Of a stretch of DNA of 60,575 nucleotides, positions 57,216 to 60,575 are shown in pieces; position 1 is the stretch's first letter, and each line of letters starts with the position of its first letter. The translations under genes and the position numbers were made by a program. The stretch is from Sphingomonadales bacterium (GTDB lineage: Bacteria; Pseudomonadota; Alphaproteobacteria; Sphingomonadales; Sphingomonadaceae), in NCBI GenBank assembly GCA_038247515.1, contig JBBRUU010000001.1, forward strand, positions 1 through 60,575. The letters run 5' to 3'. The notes under the pieces are model-generated. The model was not told the DNA's origin, did not search any database, and saw only the letters and a program-made list of their open reading frames with translations.

Positions 57216-57563
57216 TCACCACTCGGTCAGCACGAGGCCCATCAGGAGGCTGGCGCCGATCGCCGCCCGCACCCGGCGTGAGGTCAGCGCGAGGCGTGTC
57301 TGCGAGCGGGCGGGCTTGGGCAGCGCCGCTTCCCTGATATCGTAAGCGTCAAGCGTCATCAGTCCGCCGATCTCGCGCCGCTCGATATCGATCACGAAGT
57401 CGTGGACATCCTCGGCAAGCAGCTCAGCATCGCCGAGCAGCGCCGTGGCGCGCACGTAGTCGCCCTGATCAAGCGCGATGCACGCTTCGCGCTGAAGCTG
57501 ACGTGCATGATCCGCGAGCGAGCGGACATATGACCCCGGTTCGGGCAGTTCCTGCGATCCCAT
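57216..57563 (-). CDS. Hypothetical protein
   Basis: 115 aa, helical, C-terminal hydrophobic stretch. Confidence 0.6.
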   Translation of the reverse strand: MGSQELPEPGSYVRSLADHARQLQREACIALDQGDYVRATALLGDAELLAEDVHDFVIDIERREIGGLMTLDAYDIREAALPKPARSQTRLALTSRRVRAAIGASLLMGLVLTEW

Positions 57564-57629
57564 GGGAGACTTGATAACCTGAAACTGCGCGGGCGTGCTA
57601 GTCCTAATCTACAGCATTAATCCCCGACC

Positions 57630-58238
57630 TTAATCCATATGTTTGAGGCCGACCCTGAGATAGTCCCAGCCGGTCACGCAGGTCAGCACCGCCGCCGTCC
57701 ACAGCGAGACGAGGCCGACAAGGTGCACCCAGCTTTGTGCGAGCGTGCCGCAGCCCTGCCCCACCGACTGGCAGGGCGCGCCGTGTACCGCGCCGCCGAG
57801 GATCAGCGCGCCCAAAGACACAAGCTGGAAGGTCGTCTTCCACTTGGCGAGCTTCGAGACCGGGATCGAGACCTGCGTCCCGCCCAGAAATTCGCGCAGG
57901 CCCGACACCGCGATCTCGCGCATGAGGATCACGAGGCCCGCAATCACATGAACGTCGCCCGCGTAAGGCCCGCGCAGATAACCTTGCGCGGTCAACACGA
58001 GGATAACCGCAGCGACCATGATCTTGTCGGCGATCGGATCAAGGAAGATGCCGAGCTTCGAGACCGTGCCCTGCGCGCGCGCCAGATAGCCGTCGAGGAA
58101 ATCGGTGAGGGCGATGATGCAATAGAGCACGAAGCCGATCAGATAGCCCAGCCGCCACTCGGGCCACCACAGGAAGAACGCCAGCAGCGGCACCGCAAAG
58201 ATGCGCGAAAGGGTGAGAATGTTGGGCAAGCTCTGCAT
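57630..58238 (-). CDS. pgsA: CDP-diacylglycerol--glycerol-3-phosphate phosphatidyltransferase
   Basis: LPNILTLSRI, TDFLDGYLAR...GIFLDPIADK, REIAVSGLRE. Confidence 0.95.
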   Translation of the reverse strand: MQSLPNILTLSRIFAVPLLAFFLWWPEWRLGYLIGFVLYCIIALTDFLDGYLARAQGTVSKLGIFLDPIADKIMVAAVILVLTAQGYLRGPYAGDVHVIAGLVILMREIAVSGLREFLGGTQVSIPVSKLAKWKTTFQLVSLGALILGGAVHGAPCQSVGQGCGTLAQSWVHLVGLVSLWTAAVLTCVTGWDYLRVGLKHMD

Positions 58239-58401
58239 GGCTGATCCCCGTCTAGCGCCCGAATGGCCGCTGCAAAACCCCCGTGTTCCGGCATCCCCGG
58301 GGATGACGCCTACGCCCGCCCTGCCGTTTGCGCTATTGTGAAAGTGCGTCCCCGCGCTATGTCGCGGGTAACTCACAGGGAAGCGCCAGCGTAACCATCG
58401 C

Positions 58402-59730
58402 ATGACCACATCGACCGATCTGATGCGCAAGCGGCGTTTCTTGCCGCTGTTCCTCACCCAGCTCCTCAACGCGCTCAACGACAACCTCTACAAGAACGCG
58501 ATGGTGCTTTTCGTCGTCTACTCGGTCTACGATTCGCCCGAGATGGAAACGCTCATCAGCGGCGTTGCCACCGCCGTGTTCGTGCTGCCCTTCGTATTGT
58601 TCTCGGCCACATCGGGCCAGCTTGCCGACATGCGCGACAAGGCGGCGATCATCCGCTGGATCAAGTTTGCCGAGATCATCATCATGAGCGTCGGCGCCGC
58701 CGGCCTGCTGCTCGCCGCACAAGGCATGCAGGTCGAGACCGTCGCGATCCCGCTGATGTTTGTCGCGCTGTTTGCGATGGGGATGCATTCCACTTTCTTT
58801 GGCCCGATCAAATACGCGATCCTGCCGCAGCACCTCGAAAAGGACGAAGTGCTCGCAGGCACGGGCCTGGTCGAGGCGGGCACCTATGTGGCGATCCTTA
58901 CGGGCATGATCCTGGGCGGGGCGATGCACATCACAGACAGCATCGTCGCGATTATTGCGATCGCGGTGGTCGGCTACATCGTGTGCCGCTGGGTGCCGTC
59001 CGCGCCGCCCGAAGCAGGCACCGCCACCAAGGTCGACTGGAACCCGATCCGCGCCTCCAGGGACTTGATCGCCTTTTCGATGGGCAATCTGGAGCTGCGC
59101 TATGCCGTGCTGGCGATCAGCTATTTCTGGGCGATCGCGGCGATTTTGTCGGTGCAGTTCATCCCGCTCGCCAAAAACGTGCTGCTTGCCGACAAGCAGG
59201 TCGCCGCAGTGCTGCTGACTGCCTTTTCGGCCGGTATCGCGATCGGATCAGTGTCGATCAACGCGCTGCTCAAGGGCAACATCTCAGCGCGTTATTCCGC
59301 CCGTTCGGTGCTGGTGCTCGGGGGGCTGCTGGTCGGCTTCTACCTCATCTGCCGCAGCTGGAATCTCGTGCCGCAGCAAGGCAAACTGTTCGGCGTCACC
59401 GAGTTCCTCACCTATCCGCTCGCGCTGGCGCTGATTGCAAACCTGCTGCTGATCGCAGTGGCGGGGGGGATGTTCGTGGTGCCGCTCTATGCCTTCCTCA
59501 CCACCCGCGTCGACAAGTCGGAGGCCTCGCGCTCGGTCGCGGCCAACAACTTCATCTCGTCGGTGTTCATGGTGGTGGGCGCGGGCCTTGCAGGGGTGCT
59601 CGGCTATTTCGGCATCCCGCTGGAAGAACAGCTGTTGTTCAGCCTGGTGCTGTGCCTGCTCTCGGCGCAGCTCGCTCGCAAGCTGCACGCCATCGAAGAC
59701 CTGCCGAAGCCCGCGGCCCCCGCCTTCTAG
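58402..59730 (+). CDS. MFS transporter (LplT/Aas-associated type)
   Basis: RFLPLFLTQ...NDNLYK, FFGPIKYAILP, GGMFVVPL. Confidence 0.85.
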   Translation: MTTSTDLMRKRRFLPLFLTQLLNALNDNLYKNAMVLFVVYSVYDSPEMETLISGVATAVFVLPFVLFSATSGQLADMRDKAAIIRWIKFAEIIIMSVGAAGLLLAAQGMQVETVAIPLMFVALFAMGMHSTFFGPIKYAILPQHLEKDEVLAGTGLVEAGTYVAILTGMILGGAMHITDSIVAIIAIAVVGYIVCRWVPSAPPEAGTATKVDWNPIRASRDLIAFSMGNLELRYAVLAISYFWAIAAILSVQFIPLAKNVLLADKQVAAVLLTAFSAGIAIGSVSINALLKGNISARYSARSVLVLGGLLVGFYLICRSWNLVPQQGKLFGVTEFLTYPLALALIANLLLIAVAGGMFVVPLYAFLTTRVDKSEASRSVAANNFISSVFMVVGAGLAGVLGYFGIPLEEQLLFSLVLCLLSAQLARKLHAIEDLPKPAAPAF

Positions 59731-59753
59731 ACGCCTAGAAGGCGCCGAGAAAA

Positions 59754-59945
59754 TCAGATGATGAACGCGAAGATCGCCAGCGTCAGCGCGGCATAGGTGC
59801 TAGCAACGCCGCGCACGTCTTCAAGGGTCATCCGCCACAGCGCTTCGGCCGGGATCGGGAGCAAATCACGCTTCACGTGCGGCGGCAAGATCGCCCGGAA
59901 CCAGTGGCGGGCGGTCTCGTCGGTGAGTACCAGGCTGCGACGCAT
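59754..59945 (-). CDS. Small membrane protein
   Basis: 63 aa, C-terminal TM; RBS GGAG; CtrA-type box upstream. Confidence 0.6.
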   Translation of the reverse strand: MRRSLVLTDETARHWFRAILPPHVKRDLLPIPAEALWRMTLEDVRGVASTYAALTLAIFAFII

Positions 59946-59978
59946 TTTTGCGAATCTCCGTTGTCCGATGTGCCAGCG

Positions 59979-59994
59979 TTAAGACTTTCTTAAC
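59979..59994. promoter_or_regulatory. CtrA-type binding site
   Basis: TTAA-GACTTTC-TTAAC, exact TTAA-N7-TTAA. Confidence 0.65.
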
Positions 59995-60028
59995 TATTGG
60001 AACAGGCTTGCGGCCAGCGTGTCGCAGC

Positions 60029-60053
60029 GTGGGACAAGCAGTGTGGGACAAGC
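60029..60053. repeat. Short direct repeat GTGGGACAAGC x2
   Basis: Copies at 60029 and 60043. Confidence 0.7.
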
Positions 60054-60141
60054 CGTGCCGAATTGCGGAAAGGTTGACGCGGTTTGCACCGCTCGGCCCC
60101 CGGATGTAGAGGCGATCCGCAAGCCGACGGGAGACTAGCAG

Positions 60142-60575
60142 ATGACTGATTCCACTCGCGCGCAGACCAGGAGCGCGGCCGCCCTGCTGGTCGATTGTCT
60201 GGCCGAGCAAGGCTGCGAGCGGATCTTCACCGTGCCCGGTGAAAGCTTCCTTGCCGTGCTCGATGCCCTGCCCGACCGGCCCGAGATCGATGTCGTCACC
60301 TGCCGGCAAGAAGGCGGCGCCGCCTTCATGGCCTGCGCCGACGGGGCAATGAACGCCGCAGGTTCTGGCCGCCCCGGCATCGCCTTTGTGACCCGCGGGC
60401 CGGGCGCCACCAATGCCAGCATCGGCGTGCACGTCGCGCATCAGGATTCGCAAGCCGTGATCCTGTTCGTCGGTGATGTGGCGCGCGGAATGCAGGGGCG
60501 TGAGGGCTTTCAGGAGGTCGATTTTCCCGCCTTCTTTGCACCCATCTGCAAATGGGCGGCGCGGATCGATGACCC
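60142..60575 (+). CDS. Thiamine-pyrophosphate-binding enzyme (acetolactate-synthase-like), 3' end outside window
   Basis: Hand translation MTDSTRAQ...FTVPGESFLAVLDAL...CRQEGGAAFMA...VTRGPGATNA. Confidence 0.88.
   Translation, partial: MTDSTRAQTRSAAALLVDCLAEQGCERIFTVPGESFLAVLDALPDRPEIDVVTCRQEGGAAFMACADGAMNAAGSGRPGIAFVTRGPGATNASIGVHVAHQDSQAVILFVGDVARGMQGREGFQEVDFPAFFAPICKWAARIDD

Noticed and set aside
57605-57636. TAATC three times at 13-bp spacing
   Set aside because: Very short motif, and one copy overlaps the pgsA stop; too weak to call

Overview
GC-rich alphaproteobacterial chromosome segment; gene content and protein style point to Sphingomonadales (Erythrobacter/Porphyrobacter-like), by inference. 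Four blocks. (1) 1-14006: succinoglycan-like EPS locus (ExoO/ExoU-like GT2s, ExoQ-like polymerase, Wza, GT4s, ABC exporter, priming sugar transferase) containing a SleB-type hydrolase/Rap1a-like inhibitor pair; followed by a phased TAGA repeat array, a parS-like site and deaD. (2) about 15900-36100: second Wzx/Wzy capsule/EPS locus (Wzc, Wza, O-antigen-ligase-like, EpsG, GT4s, AsnB, flippase, UDP-HexNAc dehydrogenase, deacetylase, GNAT, priming transferase). (3) 36256-46455: lasso-peptide RiPP cluster. Its 44-aa precursor (37755-37889, minus) is missing from the ORF track and was read by hand: MAQKTDRKPWVEPTVRTLDIEETH-ALSGTGSDVGGNAFIDCQRS. It has split B1/B2, a Cys-less cyclase, two HPr-kinase-like enzymes, a nucleotidyltransferase, two TPR/2OG-Fe(II) oxygenases, a propeller-like protein and a second small membrane peptide. 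This is the main candidate for an undescribed system. (4) 46563-60575: SDR islet at tRNA-Met, then housekeeping genes (mltG, fabF, acpP, aspS, rnd, oxyR, pgsA, MFS, TPP enzyme). All calls come from motif recognition by eye; no database search was run.
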